Shown: positions 16,564 through 26,352 of the stretch, in pieces
Layout of the letters: each line of letters opens with the position of its first letter
Numbering within the stretch: position 1 is the first letter of the stretch
From: Candidatus Omnitrophota bacterium
GTDB taxonomy: Bacteria > Omnitrophota > Gorgyraeia > Zapsychrales > Aceulaceae
Reading direction: 5' to 3'
Assembly: GCA_029564765.1 (NCBI GenBank)
Contig: JAKQPK010000023.1
Location: forward strand, 11,479 to 75,478
DNA length: 64,000 bases
Program-made: the position numbers and the translations under genes
Notes under the pieces: model-generated
Seen by the model: the letters and a program-made list of their open reading frames with translations, nothing else
What the model was told of the DNA's origin: nothing
Database searches by the model: none

Positions 16564-19500
16564 TTAGACCTCTAAAGAGATCTTTTCCTCCCCCAAGATC
16601 TCTTTAAGATGGTCGATCAATGTTTCGCTTGGCTGAACAAAAAGGCTTTCTCCTACAAGGATCTGAACCCGCTTGTGCTCATTAGTGTTCAGATGCAGAT
16701 GCACAGGGATCTTTCCGGGAAAACGAGACAATCTGTCCTTGAGCGCTTCCATGGCTTTTTCATCTGTACCAGACAGATCAAGGCTGATATTTTTAATGGA
16801 TTGATATGCTTCTTTAACGCCACGGATCTCTGCGACAATGATTTTAGGGGCTTCTTCACGAAAACTGACACGTCCCCGCAAAACGACCACAGCGCCCTCC
16901 TTTAAATTGGCCGACACTTCTTGATAGGTCGATGGAAAAACAACAGCCTCGATCTCGCCTTCTAAGTCTTCGAACTTCAAGATAGCCATACGCTCGCCGG
17001 TCTTGCGCGTATTGGTCAGCTTGACATGGCTGATCAGGCCGATCAATTTTACTTCCTGACCTTCCGTGGCTTTCACAAGGTCCTTGGTCGAATAATCTGT
17101 AAACTCTTTGATCTCAGTTTGATAATGCGACAGAGGATGTCCTGTGATATAGAAGCCGAGAAGCTCTTTTTCATCCGAAAGGGTCTTCATTTTTGGCCAT
17201 TCTTCAATATCAGGATAGCTTTCAGCGTCTGTCTTAAAATCATCCATACCTTGCATGTCAAAGAACGAGAACTGTCCTGTGCTGCGTTCTTTTTGTGCCT
17301 GAGAGCCGGACTCCAAAGCTTTGTCCAAAACATCCATCATCTGGGAGCGGCGCAACCCAAAAGAATCGAACGCCCCGCATCGAATCAAACTTTCAATGAC
17401 CTTACGGTTGGCTGTGCGCAGGTCCACGCGCTTACAAAAATCAAAAATGTTCGCGAACGGCCCTTCCTTACGCTGTTCAACAATGGATTCAATGGCGGCC
17501 GCGCCGACATTCTTAACCGCAATGAGCCCAAAGCGGATCGCGCTCTCACCTTCGGCACTAAATTCTTTTTGGCTCGCGTTGATATCCGGCGGCATGATCT
17601 GAATGCCCATAGCCTCGGACTCTTTCACATATTCGACGATCTTGTCGGTGTTATCCTTTTCTGAGGTCAAAAGCGCGCACATGAATTCTGTTGGAAAATT
17701 GGCCTTCAGATAGGCGGTACGATAGGAGATCAACGCGTACGCGGCTGAATGACTGCGATTGAATCCATATCCGGAAAAATAATCAATGAGATCGAACAAG
17801 CGGTTGGCCAAAGGTTCCTTGATATTAGATGCCTTTTTGCACCCCGCGACAAAATCCGCGCGCGTCTTATCCATGACCTCCGTCTTCTTCTTGCTCATCG
17901 CGCTTCGCAAATGATCCGCTTGTGTCATCGTGAATCCCGCCAGATCGCTTGCGATCCTCATAACTTGCTCTTGAAAAATAATAATGCCATAAGTATCTTT
18001 AAGGATCGGTTCAAGCTTAGGATGATCGTAGCGGATCTGCTGGCCTTCACGTTTACGCCGGATATAATCTTCCAACATGCCGCTTCCAATAGGCCCAGGA
18101 CGGTAAAGCGCTAAAATAGACACTAGATCCTCGAACTGGTTCGGCTTGATACGCTTTAAAAGGTCTCGCATCCCCGAACTTTCCAATTGAAAAATACCAA
18201 AACTGTTCGCCTGGCCAAGGAGCTCATACGTTTTCACATCGTCCAGCGACGCGTTGTTGACATCCACATCCACACCCTTGATGGCCTTGACGAGCTTCAC
18301 GGTCTTGTCAATAACGGTCAAGGTCTTAAGCCCCAGAAAATCCATCTTCAAAAGCCCGATCTTAGCGATCCCGTTCATATCATAGCCGGTCGTGATCTGA
18401 TCGTCGCTTGTCTTAAAAAGCGGCACATGTTCGGTCAAAGGCTTATCCGAGATCACAACGCCCGCCGCGTGCACAGAGGCATGGCGATTGAGGCCTTCAA
18501 GGACCTTGGCGGTCTCGATCAATTTCGCGACCTGTTCACTTTGGTCGCAAAGTTCCCTCAACTGCGGCTCACGCTTTAAGGATTCTTCGATGGTGATCTT
18601 AAGTTCGTTGGGAATTAACTTCGCGATCTTGTCCACATCCGGATACGGCATGCTCATAACGCGCCCGACATCGCGGATGGCTGCGCGCGCCTGCATCGTT
18701 CCAAAAGTAATGATCTGCGCCACAGAATCTTTGCCGTATTTGTTGGTAACGTATTCAATGACCTCCGGACGTCGTTCATAGCAGAAATCAATATCAATAT
18801 CAGGCATCCCCAGACGGTCAGGATTCAGAAAGCGCTCGAATAAGAGCCCATAACGCAACGGATTCAAGTCCGTGATCCCTAGAAGATAACTGACCAAACT
18901 TCCAGCCGCTGACCCTCGGCCAGGGCCAACGGGGATCCCATTCTGCTTCGCGAAATGGATAAAATCCCACACGATCAAAAAGTAACTGATAAATCCCATT
19001 TTTTTGATAATGGCTAGTTCGTGCGTGAGGCGCTGTTCAATATCAGGAGTTACCTCTTTAAAACGCTTCTTCAATCCTTCCTGGCACAAATGCAATAGAT
19101 ATTCATCCTTGGGCTGGCCTGTGGGAATATCATAACGAGGCAAGTGGATCTTTTTGAAATCAAGTTCGAGGTTACATTTTTCAGCGATCTCGACCGTACG
19201 CGTGACAGCGTCAGGCGCGTAGGAAAAAGCCTTTTTCATCTCTTCCGGGCTTTTAAAATAAAATTCATCACTGGACATGCGCATACGATTGGGATCATCC
19301 AATGTCGTCTGCGTTTGCACGCAAAGAAGCGCTTCATGGGCGGCAGCTTGCGGACGCTCGAGATAATGGACATCGTTGGTGGCAACTAAGGGAATATTCA
19401 ATTCCTTGCTGATCTTGATCAGTCCTTCGTTGACCGGTTTTTGCTCAGGGATGCCGTTTTCCATGATCTCTAAATAAAAATTGCCCTTGCCAAAGATCTG

Positions 19501-19998
19501 CTCAAGTTCATCTGCCGCCTTCAAGGCCGCGTTGTATCCTTCATTACGCAACGTCCAAGCGACTTCCCCTTTTAGACAAGCGGATGTTGCCAGAAGCCCC
19601 TGTGCATGGCGCGACAAGATCTCTTTATCCATCCTTGGCTTGTAATAAAATCCTTCCAGATACGCCGCGGAAACAAGCTTTAAGAGATTGCGGTAGCCCT
19701 GCTCATCTTTGGCAAAAAGGACAAGATGCGAAATACCTCTTTTACCCTGCGCGGGGCTTTTATCAAATCGGCTACCCGGAGCGATATAGCATTCACATCC
19801 GATGATTGGCTTGACACCGGCTTTGACCGCCGCCTGATAGAATTCAATAGCGCCAAAGATATTCCCATGGTCCGCGATCGCTAAAGCGGGCATGCGGTAT
19901 TCAACAGCTTTTTTTAAAAGTTCAGGGATACGGCAAGCGCCGTCTAAGAGGCTGTACTGCGTGTGGACATGGAGGTGGACGAAATCAGTATGGTACAT
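16564..19998 (-). CDS. dnaE: DNA polymerase III alpha subunit
   Basis: HLHVHTQYSLLDG (PHP), GRGSAAGS, PDIDIDF, KMDFLGL and GYGFNRSH motifs. Confidence 0.98.
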   Translation of the reverse strand: MYHTDFVHLHVHTQYSLLDGACRIPELLKKAVEYRMPALAIADHGNIFGAIEFYQAAVKAGVKPIIGCECYIAPGSRFDKSPAQGKRGISHLVLFAKDEQGYRNLLKLVSAAYLEGFYYKPRMDKEILSRHAQGLLATSACLKGEVAWTLRNEGYNAALKAADELEQIFGKGNFYLEIMENGIPEQKPVNEGLIKISKELNIPLVATNDVHYLERPQAAAHEALLCVQTQTTLDDPNRMRMSSDEFYFKSPEEMKKAFSYAPDAVTRTVEIAEKCNLELDFKKIHLPRYDIPTGQPKDEYLLHLCQEGLKKRFKEVTPDIEQRLTHELAIIKKMGFISYFLIVWDFIHFAKQNGIPVGPGRGSAAGSLVSYLLGITDLNPLRYGLLFERFLNPDRLGMPDIDIDFCYERRPEVIEYVTNKYGKDSVAQIITFGTMQARAAIRDVGRVMSMPYPDVDKIAKLIPNELKITIEESLKREPQLRELCDQSEQVAKLIETAKVLEGLNRHASVHAAGVVISDKPLTEHVPLFKTSDDQITTGYDMNGIAKIGLLKMDFLGLKTLTVIDKTVKLVKAIKGVDVDVNNASLDDVKTYELLGQANSFGIFQLESSGMRDLLKRIKPNQFEDLVSILALYRPGPIGSGMLEDYIRRKREGQQIRYDHPKLEPILKDTYGIIIFQEQVMRIASDLAGFTMTQADHLRSAMSKKKTEVMDKTRADFVAGCKKASNIKEPLANRLFDLIDYFSGYGFNRSHSAAYALISYRTAYLKANFPTEFMCALLTSEKDNTDKIVEYVKESEAMGIQIMPPDINASQKEFSAEGESAIRFGLIAVKNVGAAAIESIVEQRKEGPFANIFDFCKRVDLRTANRKVIESLIRCGAFDSFGLRRSQMMDVLDKALESGSQAQKERSTGQFSFFDMQGMDDFKTDAESYPDIEEWPKMKTLSDEKELLGFYITGHPLSHYQTEIKEFTDYSTKDLVKATEGQEVKLIGLISHVKLTNTRKTGERMAILKFEDLEGEIEAVVFPSTYQEVSANLKEGAVVVLRGRVSFREEAPKIIVAEIRGVKEAYQSIKNISLDLSGTDEKAMEALKDRLSRFPGKIPVHLHLNTNEHKRVQILVGESLFVQPSETLIDHLKEILGEEKISLEV

Positions 19999-20057
19999 GT
20001 TTTAGGCCAAGGATTACGCTCCCTGGGTTTAATGAATACAAAAAATCAAATAAATAT

Positions 20058-20180
20058 GATTACAGAGATTTTCAAATGGTTCAGAAGATTAAAAAATAAT
20101 GATGGATCGTTAAAATATTTTTCAATCGTTGTAATGTTTCTTTCAATCTCTGCGATCTTGCTTAATCACTGCAATCAATC
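20058..20180. repeat. Degenerate GATTACAGAGATT / AATCTCTGCGATC-type inverted repeat remnant
   Basis: 20058-20070 is complementary to 20145-20157 and 20164-20176 (imperfect). Confidence 0.45.
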
Positions 20181-20181
20181 T

Positions 20182-21726
20182 TTATTCCCATTCGATCGTG
20201 GCCGGAGGCTTTGAGCTGATATCATAAACAACACGATTGACACCCGGTACTTCATTGATGACACGGTTCGCGATACGGCCCAGAAGATCATGTGGTAAAT
20301 GGACCCAATCCGCGGTCATACCATCAACACTGTTAACGCAACGGATCGCCGCTACGTTCTCATACGTACGCTGATCGCCCATAACGCCAACGGATTTGAT
20401 CGGCAACAAAATAGCGAATGACTGCCAGACCTGTTCATAAAGCCCAGCTTTTCGGATCTCTTCCAGGACCCTTTCATCTACTTCACGCAAGATATCCAGC
20501 CTTTCCTTTGTGACTTCGCCAACGATACGAATGGCTAAACCAGGACCAGGGAACGGCTGGCGCTTGATGATCGTGTCCGGAACACCTAAATGTTTTCCGA
20601 TCTGACGAACTTCATCCTTAAAGAGCTCACGAAAAGGTTCTACGAGCTTAAGCTTCATTGTTTTCGGCAATCCACCAACGTTGTGATGGCTCTTGATCGT
20701 GGCCGATGGGCCTCCGATCGGTGAAAAAGACTCAATGACATCTGGATACAATGTCCCTTGGCCCAAGAATTCAAAACTCTTGCTGCGGCTAGCGGCCTCC
20801 TGAAAGACCTTGATGAATTCATCGCCGATGATCTTGCGTTTTTGCTCAGGATCCGTGACGTTCTTTAACCTCTGCAAGAATCTTTTTTGCGCGTCCACGC
20901 ACACTAAATTCATCTTAAAGTTCGTCTTGAACGTTTTCTCGACAGAAGCGACCTCATTCTTACGCAGCACCCCGTTGTCAACAAAGATACAATGCAAATT
21001 CTTGCCAATCGCCTGATGCAGCAAGACAGCCGCGACCGATGAATCAACGCCGCCGCTTAAGCCCATGACGACCTTTTTATCTTTAACGGTCTCGCGGATC
21101 TCTTTGATCTTTTCCTTGATGAATTTGTCCATGGTCCAGCGGGCCAAACATCCGCAGACCTGAAAAACAAAATTGGTCAACAGCTGTGTCCCGCGCTGAG
21201 TATGAACAACTTCGGGGTGGAACTGAACACCATAAATTTTCTTCTGAGGATTAGCGATCGCCGCGTTGGGCGTTGAGAGCGTGTGCGCGATAGAACGGAA
21301 TCCCGCGGGGAGTTTTTTGATCTCATCACCATGGCTCATCCAGGATGTAATGTTACTCGGCAGATTATAAAAAATATCTTTAGGGCTATCGATAAAAAGT
21401 TCCGCGCGCCCGTATTCTCGCTCCTGGGTCTTGACAACCTTGCCTCCATGCATATGGGTGATAAGCTGGGCACCGTAACAAACACCTAAGATCGGCAGTT
21501 TCAGCTTGAAAATATCCTTGTGCGGTAAAGGTGCTCCTTTATCATAAACGCTCATCGGACCGCCTGAGAAGATAAGACCTTTGGGATTGATCTTGGCGAT
21601 CTCCTCCGGGGTGATATTGTACGCAACGATCTTGCTAAAAACCTTGCTTTCGCGGACCCTGCGGGCGATCAGCTGCGTGTACTGCGACCCAAAGTCCAAA
21701 ACCAAAATGATGTCTTTACTTCTCAT
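20182..21726 (-). CDS. guaA: GMP synthase (glutamine-hydrolysing)
   Basis: [33 protein letters not shown] and KPPATIEWE motifs. Confidence 0.98.
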   Translation of the reverse strand: MRSKDIILVLDFGSQYTQLIARRVRESKVFSKIVAYNITPEEIAKINPKGLIFSGGPMSVYDKGAPLPHKDIFKLKLPILGVCYGAQLITHMHGGKVVKTQEREYGRAELFIDSPKDIFYNLPSNITSWMSHGDEIKKLPAGFRSIAHTLSTPNAAIANPQKKIYGVQFHPEVVHTQRGTQLLTNFVFQVCGCLARWTMDKFIKEKIKEIRETVKDKKVVMGLSGGVDSSVAAVLLHQAIGKNLHCIFVDNGVLRKNEVASVEKTFKTNFKMNLVCVDAQKRFLQRLKNVTDPEQKRKIIGDEFIKVFQEAASRSKSFEFLGQGTLYPDVIESFSPIGGPSATIKSHHNVGGLPKTMKLKLVEPFRELFKDEVRQIGKHLGVPDTIIKRQPFPGPGLAIRIVGEVTKERLDILREVDERVLEEIRKAGLYEQVWQSFAILLPIKSVGVMGDQRTYENVAAIRCVNSVDGMTADWVHLPHDLLGRIANRVINEVPGVNRVVYDISSKPPATIEWE

Positions 21727-21803
21727 GTCTTCAACCGCCTTTTCGTGGTTCGCGCTATGAGTTTTGCGCTTTGACTTTTAACTTCTTTTTTCTGAATTCT
21801 AAA

Positions 21804-22964
21804 TTATTTTCCCATGCCGATACGCTGGCCGATCTGGAACACCTTTCCCTCGGTCTGGATCGAAGGAGCGATGATGATCTCAACGTCCTGCATTTCCTTG
21901 ATGTTGCTCGCGCCCAATGATCCCATAGATGTGCGAAGAGCGCCGACTAAATTCTGTGAACCGTCATCCACCTGTGCCGGCCCTAATAGGATCTGCTTAA
22001 GCGTTCCTGTGGTGCCGACTTTTACGCGCGTTCCACGAGGAAGATTGGCATTCGATGTCGCCATGCCCCAGTGATAACCGCGTCCCGGAGCTTCTTGCGC
22101 TTTGGCAAATGCAGAACCGACCATGACCGCGTCCCCGCCTGCGGCAAAGGCTTTGCAGATCTCGCCGCCAATACGCATGCCTCCATCGGTAATGATCGGA
22201 ATATAGCGGCCTGTTCTCTTATAAAAATGATCTCGCGCTGCCGCGCAGTCAACGGTAGAAGTGATCTGAGGAACGCCGATACCTAAAACGCCGCGCGTGG
22301 TGCATGCAGCGCCTGGCCCAACCCCAACAAGCAGGCCAGCGATCCCCTCCTCCATAAGCTCCAAGGCCACCTCATAGGTGACCGCGTTGCCTAAAATAAC
22401 AGGGGTTTTCATTTCTTCACAAAAATTCTTGATATCTAAGACTTTGTATTCCGTGGAAACATGTTTGACCGTCGCGACTGTGGATTGGACCACAAAGACG
22501 TCGCAACCGGCTTCTTGGGCAATGGCGCCAAAACGTTTGGCGTTCTGCGGGATACAGCTGACGAAGGCTGGGACCTTGCCTTTTTTGATCTCATCTACTC
22601 GTTTGGCGATCAATTTTTCTTGAATGGGAGGAAGATACAGATCTTGCAAAAGTTTGGTGGCGTGCTCAGGTGTGGCATCCGCGATCTGCTTTAAGACTTC
22701 ATTAGGATTTTCATATCGGGTTTGAACACCGTCGAGGTTAAGGACCGCGATACCGCCGAGCTTTCCCATCGCGACCGCGAAATCAACACTCACCACCCCA
22801 TCCATGGCCGCGGCCATGATCGGGACCTTGAACTTCATCTTGTCTAAAGCCCAGCTGATATCAACTTCGTTAGGGTTAACGGTTTGACGGCCAGGAACTA
22901 AGGCGATCTCATCAAAACCATAGCATCGTCTTGCTCTGCGTTCGATTCCAATCCACTCTGCCAT
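21804..22964 (-). CDS. guaB: GuaB3-type IMP dehydrogenase family protein (no CBS domains)
   Basis: RRCYGFDEIALVP, AAAMDGVV, GPGAACTTR and IITDGG motifs; directly upstream of guaA; GGAGG RBS before 22964. Confidence 0.88.
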   Translation of the reverse strand: MAEWIGIERRARRCYGFDEIALVPGRQTVNPNEVDISWALDKMKFKVPIMAAAMDGVVSVDFAVAMGKLGGIAVLNLDGVQTRYENPNEVLKQIADATPEHATKLLQDLYLPPIQEKLIAKRVDEIKKGKVPAFVSCIPQNAKRFGAIAQEAGCDVFVVQSTVATVKHVSTEYKVLDIKNFCEEMKTPVILGNAVTYEVALELMEEGIAGLLVGVGPGAACTTRGVLGIGVPQITSTVDCAAARDHFYKRTGRYIPIITDGGMRIGGEICKAFAAGGDAVMVGSAFAKAQEAPGRGYHWGMATSNANLPRGTRVKVGTTGTLKQILLGPAQVDDGSQNLVGALRTSMGSLGASNIKEMQDVEIIIAPSIQTEGKVFQIGQRIGMGK

Positions 22965-22979
22965 GAAACTACCTCCTTC

Positions 22980-23070
22980 AATGAACACTTGACTTACGTC
23001 TCCGTCGGTGACGTAAGTCAACCGTGTGAATTAATCCCGTGCGGCTGCGGCCTAGCAGCCGAACAGGGAG
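22980..23070. repeat. Modular hairpin repeat in the guaB leader
   Basis: AATGAACAC-[TTGACTTACGTC/GACGTAAGTCAA]-GTGTGAAT, then TCCC-[CGGCTGC/GCAGCCG]-GGGA. Confidence 0.6.
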
Positions 23071-23112
23071 TCTACCTTAAATGTCAATTTTACGATAAAA
23101 AGTGAATAATAC

Positions 23113-23141
23113 AATATACTTATATAGTATAAAAATGTCAA
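23113..23141 (-). promoter_or_regulatory. sigma70 promoter of guaB-guaA
   Basis: TTGACA-17 bp-TATATT. Confidence 0.6.
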
Positions 23142-23145
23142 TGAT

Positions 23146-23180
23146 AAAAAAGGTGATGGCTGTAAACAGCCATCACCTTT
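23146..23180 (-). terminator. Intrinsic terminator
   Basis: AAAGGTGATGGCTG-TAAA-CAGCCATCACCTTT with a U tract on the minus strand. Confidence 0.75.
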
Positions 23181-23227
23181 CCTTTATCCATTCCTTTTTG
23201 ACATTTTCAGCTTCTTTTACCAAAAAA

Positions 23228-23977
23228 TCACGGGGTCAGCCCCTCTTTAGCGGAAGGAGATATCCAATCTAAGTCGTGACCTTTCTGAAGCTGTTCTTTA
23301 TAAAGCTCTATTTGCTTGGCCCGATCCTCTATCCAGCAATTTGCCTGCTGGTCTCTTATGTAAACCCAAAACCTGCTTTCTCCGCCAATATTACCATAAC
23401 CCCAAAAGTTCCAACCACCCTCATTTGTATCTTGAGGCCAGCTGTCGCCAAAGAATTTCTGCCCGCTCATCTCCTTGACCCATCTCCCATCGTGAAACTC
23501 AGCCATACGATACCCAGGCCCAAATTGACGGCTACATAGGTCATTGGCCTGATCAAGGCTTGTAAGCGTATTTCCAACAACAGGGGGTGTGAGCTGAAGT
23601 TCTCCTTCAAGCCAGCCGCGGTAAGATTCTTTTACCCAGCTATGATCTGAACCATCAAGTTCATATCCCGGTCTTGGGGCTCCTGTCTTTTTTACGCACA
23701 GAATAGGCAACGCCCTGCTGCACGGGGTGTCGCCTACATACGCATTGCATGAACCCTCAAATTCAGTGCTTGGTTTTCCATGACAGCCTACCAGGTCAAT
23801 GCCAAAACGGTCATCATGTCTTTCCTTCCCCCAGGTAAGCCCGAACTTCTCACCGGCATCATCCTGGAAAGGATCGTCCAAAATCTCTCTCTGACAAAAC
23901 CCATTGATCGCATACGATAAGGACAAAAACAAAGAAATAATGAGTAGAAACGTGATCTTTTGTTCAAATTTTCCCAT
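23228..23977 (-). CDS. Secreted Cys/Trp-rich hypothetical protein
   Basis: Signal-peptide-like N-terminus; CNAYVGDTPC..ALPILC, C..QFG..YRMAEFHDG and FWVYIRDQQANCW; GGAGG RBS. Confidence 0.7.
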   Translation of the reverse strand: MGKFEQKITFLLIISLFLSLSYAINGFCQREILDDPFQDDAGEKFGLTWGKERHDDRFGIDLVGCHGKPSTEFEGSCNAYVGDTPCSRALPILCVKKTGAPRPGYELDGSDHSWVKESYRGWLEGELQLTPPVVGNTLTSLDQANDLCSRQFGPGYRMAEFHDGRWVKEMSGQKFFGDSWPQDTNEGGWNFWGYGNIGGESRFWVYIRDQQANCWIEDRAKQIELYKEQLQKGHDLDWISPSAKEGLTP

Positions 23978-24018
23978 TCGTACGCCTCCTTTTTTACCGC
24001 AACCGACAGCGATAAAAA

Positions 24019-24315
24019 CTATTTGTATTCACAAAGATAGGCCGCGTCTTCGGTCGTCTTGACCTTAAAAACAGATTTGGCTGGAACATCAAAAGATGAT
24101 CCCGCGCCAAAATCTTCCCATTCTTCGTATGCTGGCAGATAAACAGACATCATGCCGGCGATAACCGTCATGGCCTCCGGGCCATCAGTATTAAATTCAT
24201 ACTCACCCGGTTCAATAACACCCACGGTTTTCTTACCCTCAGCTGAATTAACGACCAACGACTTGACCTTCCCTTCAAAATACTCATTGACTGTAACCAC
24301 GACTATGACCCCCAT
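24019..24315 (-). CDS. ppnP: Pyrimidine/purine nucleoside phosphorylase (DUF1255)
   Basis: VNEYFEGKVKS, TVGVIEPGEYEF, F.VPA.S.F and YLCEY motifs; start may be GTG 24300. Confidence 0.88.
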   Translation of the reverse strand: MGVIVVVTVNEYFEGKVKSLVVNSAEGKKTVGVIEPGEYEFNTDGPEAMTVIAGMMSVYLPAYEEWEDFGAGSSFDVPAKSVFKVKTTEDAAYLCEYK

Positions 24316-24390
24316 TTAAATTGATTATAACAATACCCAACACCTTAAATTATTGTACTGATTGAATGAAAAAAATCCAGAGGAAAAATT

Positions 24391-24570
24391 AACTGAGGCC
24401 ATAACTTACGGAGCAACAGCGCTCGTAAGTTATCCAGCCGAACTTATTTCGAGCCAAAGGCGAGGAGCAAATGAGCGCCAAATTGTTCATGCGAACTTAT
24501 TTCGAGCCGAAGGCGAGAAGCAAATGTGCACCCAGATCCACTGGCGAGGAGCCAGTGAGCACACAAGTTG
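24391..24570. repeat. Modular hairpin array with two ~37-bp direct copies
   Basis: ATAACTTACG...CGTAAGTTAT hairpin; AACTTATTTCGAGCC(A/G)AAGGCGAG(G/A)AGCAAATG(A/T)GC occurs twice. Confidence 0.7.
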
Positions 24571-24583
24571 AAAAGAAAAGATT

Positions 24584-24710
24584 GGGACACTTCTATCAAA
24601 ACCCCTTATCCGCCAACGGTTTATTTAGAAACGTTCTAGGGTTTTTTCCGCTAACCTTTTATTCACAAACAACGAACAACGGTAACAACGAAAATGTGCC
24701 AGGCACTTTT
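24584..24710. repeat. REP-like palindromes plus a junction-motif copy
   Basis: GGGACACTTCTA 24584-24595 imperfectly pairs with TAGAAACGTTCT 24626-24637; AAAATGTGCCAGGCACTTTT 24691-24710. Confidence 0.5.
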
Positions 24711-24722
24711 TAGTGTAAATCA

Positions 24723-25003
24723 GCTGATAGGCAGAAGGTTAAAGCTATTTCACCTTAACCCAGAAACGGAAATATTTAGCCTTTACAGGATAAATCGTCT
24801 TCCCATTCCTAATGATGTACCGGCAGAATACCAAGCGGCATCCCGGACGGTATTCACATTGTCCAGCCATATGCTGACCCTCCTTTCTAGCGAAGGTTTT
24901 CTCACCTCCAAGCCCATTTTGTAATTTTCAAAAAGGGGCTGGGGGAGAAAGTTCTAAGCTAAAATAGAAGATCATCAAAAGGACGACCCATCTGCCTATC
25001 AGC
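24723..25003. repeat. 281-bp segment bounded by perfect 13-bp inverted repeats
   Basis: GCTGATAGGCAGA 24723-24735 and TCTGCCTATCAGC 24991-25003. Confidence 0.65.
24745..24870 (-). CDS. 41-aa small basic protein MAGQCEYRPGCRLVFCRYIIRNGKTIYPVKAKYFRFWVKVK (not in the ORF track)
   Basis: Manual translation; strong AAAGGAGG RBS upstream. Confidence 0.7.
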   Translation of the reverse strand: MAGQCEYRPGCRLVFCRYIIRNGKTIYPVKAKYFRFWVKVK

Positions 25004-25026
25004 AATATTCAAAGAACTCCGAATTC

Positions 25027-25065
25027 CAGGGACACGTACAAAATTAATTAGGTACGTATCCCCTG
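25027..25065. repeat. REP-like palindrome downstream of the accessory dGTPase
   Basis: CAGGGACACGTAC-12 nt-GTACGTATCCCCTG. Confidence 0.6.
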
Positions 25066-25082
25066 ACTCCTTGTAAGAATTT

Positions 25083-26339
25083 TTATCGAAAACTTGTTAT
25101 TTCATTAAATATTTCAATTGCAAAATTATCGGTCATTCCGGCAATGAAATCAATAACAGATTGTGTATAGCTTCCTTTGTCTGCCAAAACATACAATATT
25201 TCATTATTATATTTATTTCCTAAACTACGAAACTTTGGATACGACATTGGCCAGCTCCTAAGGTCCGACCGTCCCTTTATCCACGCCAAGAAATTTCTTT
25301 GCAATATTGGATAAACTTTTAGACTTTTTTTGATGCTCTCGTATGAATCTCTTTGCGCATAAGCCCTCATCAAAACCTCAAAAACTAACTCTATAACAAG
25401 CTTCGCATACTTTTTATACGCTTGCAATCTTTCGCTGCTATAGATATTTCTATAGTTGTACTCGGTCAAAGAAGTCATTACTTTTGAATACTTTTCTGTG
25501 AACCGTATGCCATTTTCTGGGCTGCTAGCTCTACATAAATCAATGATAAATCCATGCATTAAAGCTGTGTTGCTTATCTCGCGAATTTTTTCTTTTTTTC
25601 CAACTATATCATTAACTATGGCTTTTAATTCTTTGAGCTGCTGTTTCCTTAAAATATCTAACCGCACAGCATCTTCAATGTCTCTGCCTATATATGCAAT
25701 TCGATCGGATATCTTTACTACGCATCCCTCCCATGTAAAAGGAGTAAATAACCCTTTTTCTTGGATAGTCGCCAAATCTATTGCTTGTTCTCTTGGATAA
25801 ATCGTATTTCCTCTATCTTCCCCACAATGCAGCAAGATTCCGTCTCTCACTGCATAGGTTAACAATAAATTCTGGAAAACATCATTTTGATCAGGCAAAA
25901 TTTCAATTTGATCAGCAAATCGTAAACTATTTCGTTCATGCCAAAATTTAGCGCTCAATTTATCTTTAGTAATTTCCTCTAATACTTCTTCACCAGCATG
26001 ACCAAAAGGAGCGTGCCCAAGATCATGACCCAAAGCTATTGCATTAGTTAATTCAGTGTTTAAGCCAAGAAAATTAGCAATTGTATAACTGACAGCAACA
26101 ACATGATTAACATGCTCAATCCTGGTACAAATATGGTCGTTTTTTGTAGCAAAAAAAACTTGTGTTTTATGCTTTAATCTCCGAAAAGCCGTACAGTGAA
26201 GTATCCGATTATAATCTCGCGCAAATTCGCTTCTTATCTCTGGATCGCGTGAATACAATGAATGCTGTCGCTTAATAGCATTTTCCCATTTTCTATTTTT
26301 CTCATACATTCTGACAGAAAAAAATGAGTCTTTTCCCAT
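25083..26339 (-). CDS. dGTP triphosphohydrolase (HD family), accessory copy
   Basis: RDYNRILHCTAFRRLKHKTQVF, TRIEH, HDLGHAPFGHAGE, DRIAY..DIED and DFIAGMTD motifs; AT-rich. Confidence 0.88.
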   Translation of the reverse strand: MGKDSFFSVRMYEKNRKWENAIKRQHSLYSRDPEIRSEFARDYNRILHCTAFRRLKHKTQVFFATKNDHICTRIEHVNHVVAVSYTIANFLGLNTELTNAIALGHDLGHAPFGHAGEEVLEEITKDKLSAKFWHERNSLRFADQIEILPDQNDVFQNLLLTYAVRDGILLHCGEDRGNTIYPREQAIDLATIQEKGLFTPFTWEGCVVKISDRIAYIGRDIEDAVRLDILRKQQLKELKAIVNDIVGKKEKIREISNTALMHGFIIDLCRASSPENGIRFTEKYSKVMTSLTEYNYRNIYSSERLQAYKKYAKLVIELVFEVLMRAYAQRDSYESIKKSLKVYPILQRNFLAWIKGRSDLRSWPMSYPKFRSLGNKYNNEILYVLADKGSYTQSVIDFIAGMTDNFAIEIFNEITSFR

Positions 26340-26352
26340 ACAAAAACCTCAT

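Noticed and set aside
22965-23110. Purine-related riboswitch in the guaB leader
   Set aside because: No recognisable purine, ZTP or ykkC consensus; the hairpins match the dispersed repeat modules.
24440-24530. Two ~37-bp direct repeats suggesting a CRISPR array
   Set aside because: Only two copies, a spacer of about 16 bp and no cas genes; they belong to the modular hairpin family.
24362-24924. Plus-strand ORFs of 69-80 aa in the island 2 repeat region
   Set aside because: They run through palindromic repeats without an RBS; the minus-strand 41-aa ORF is better supported.
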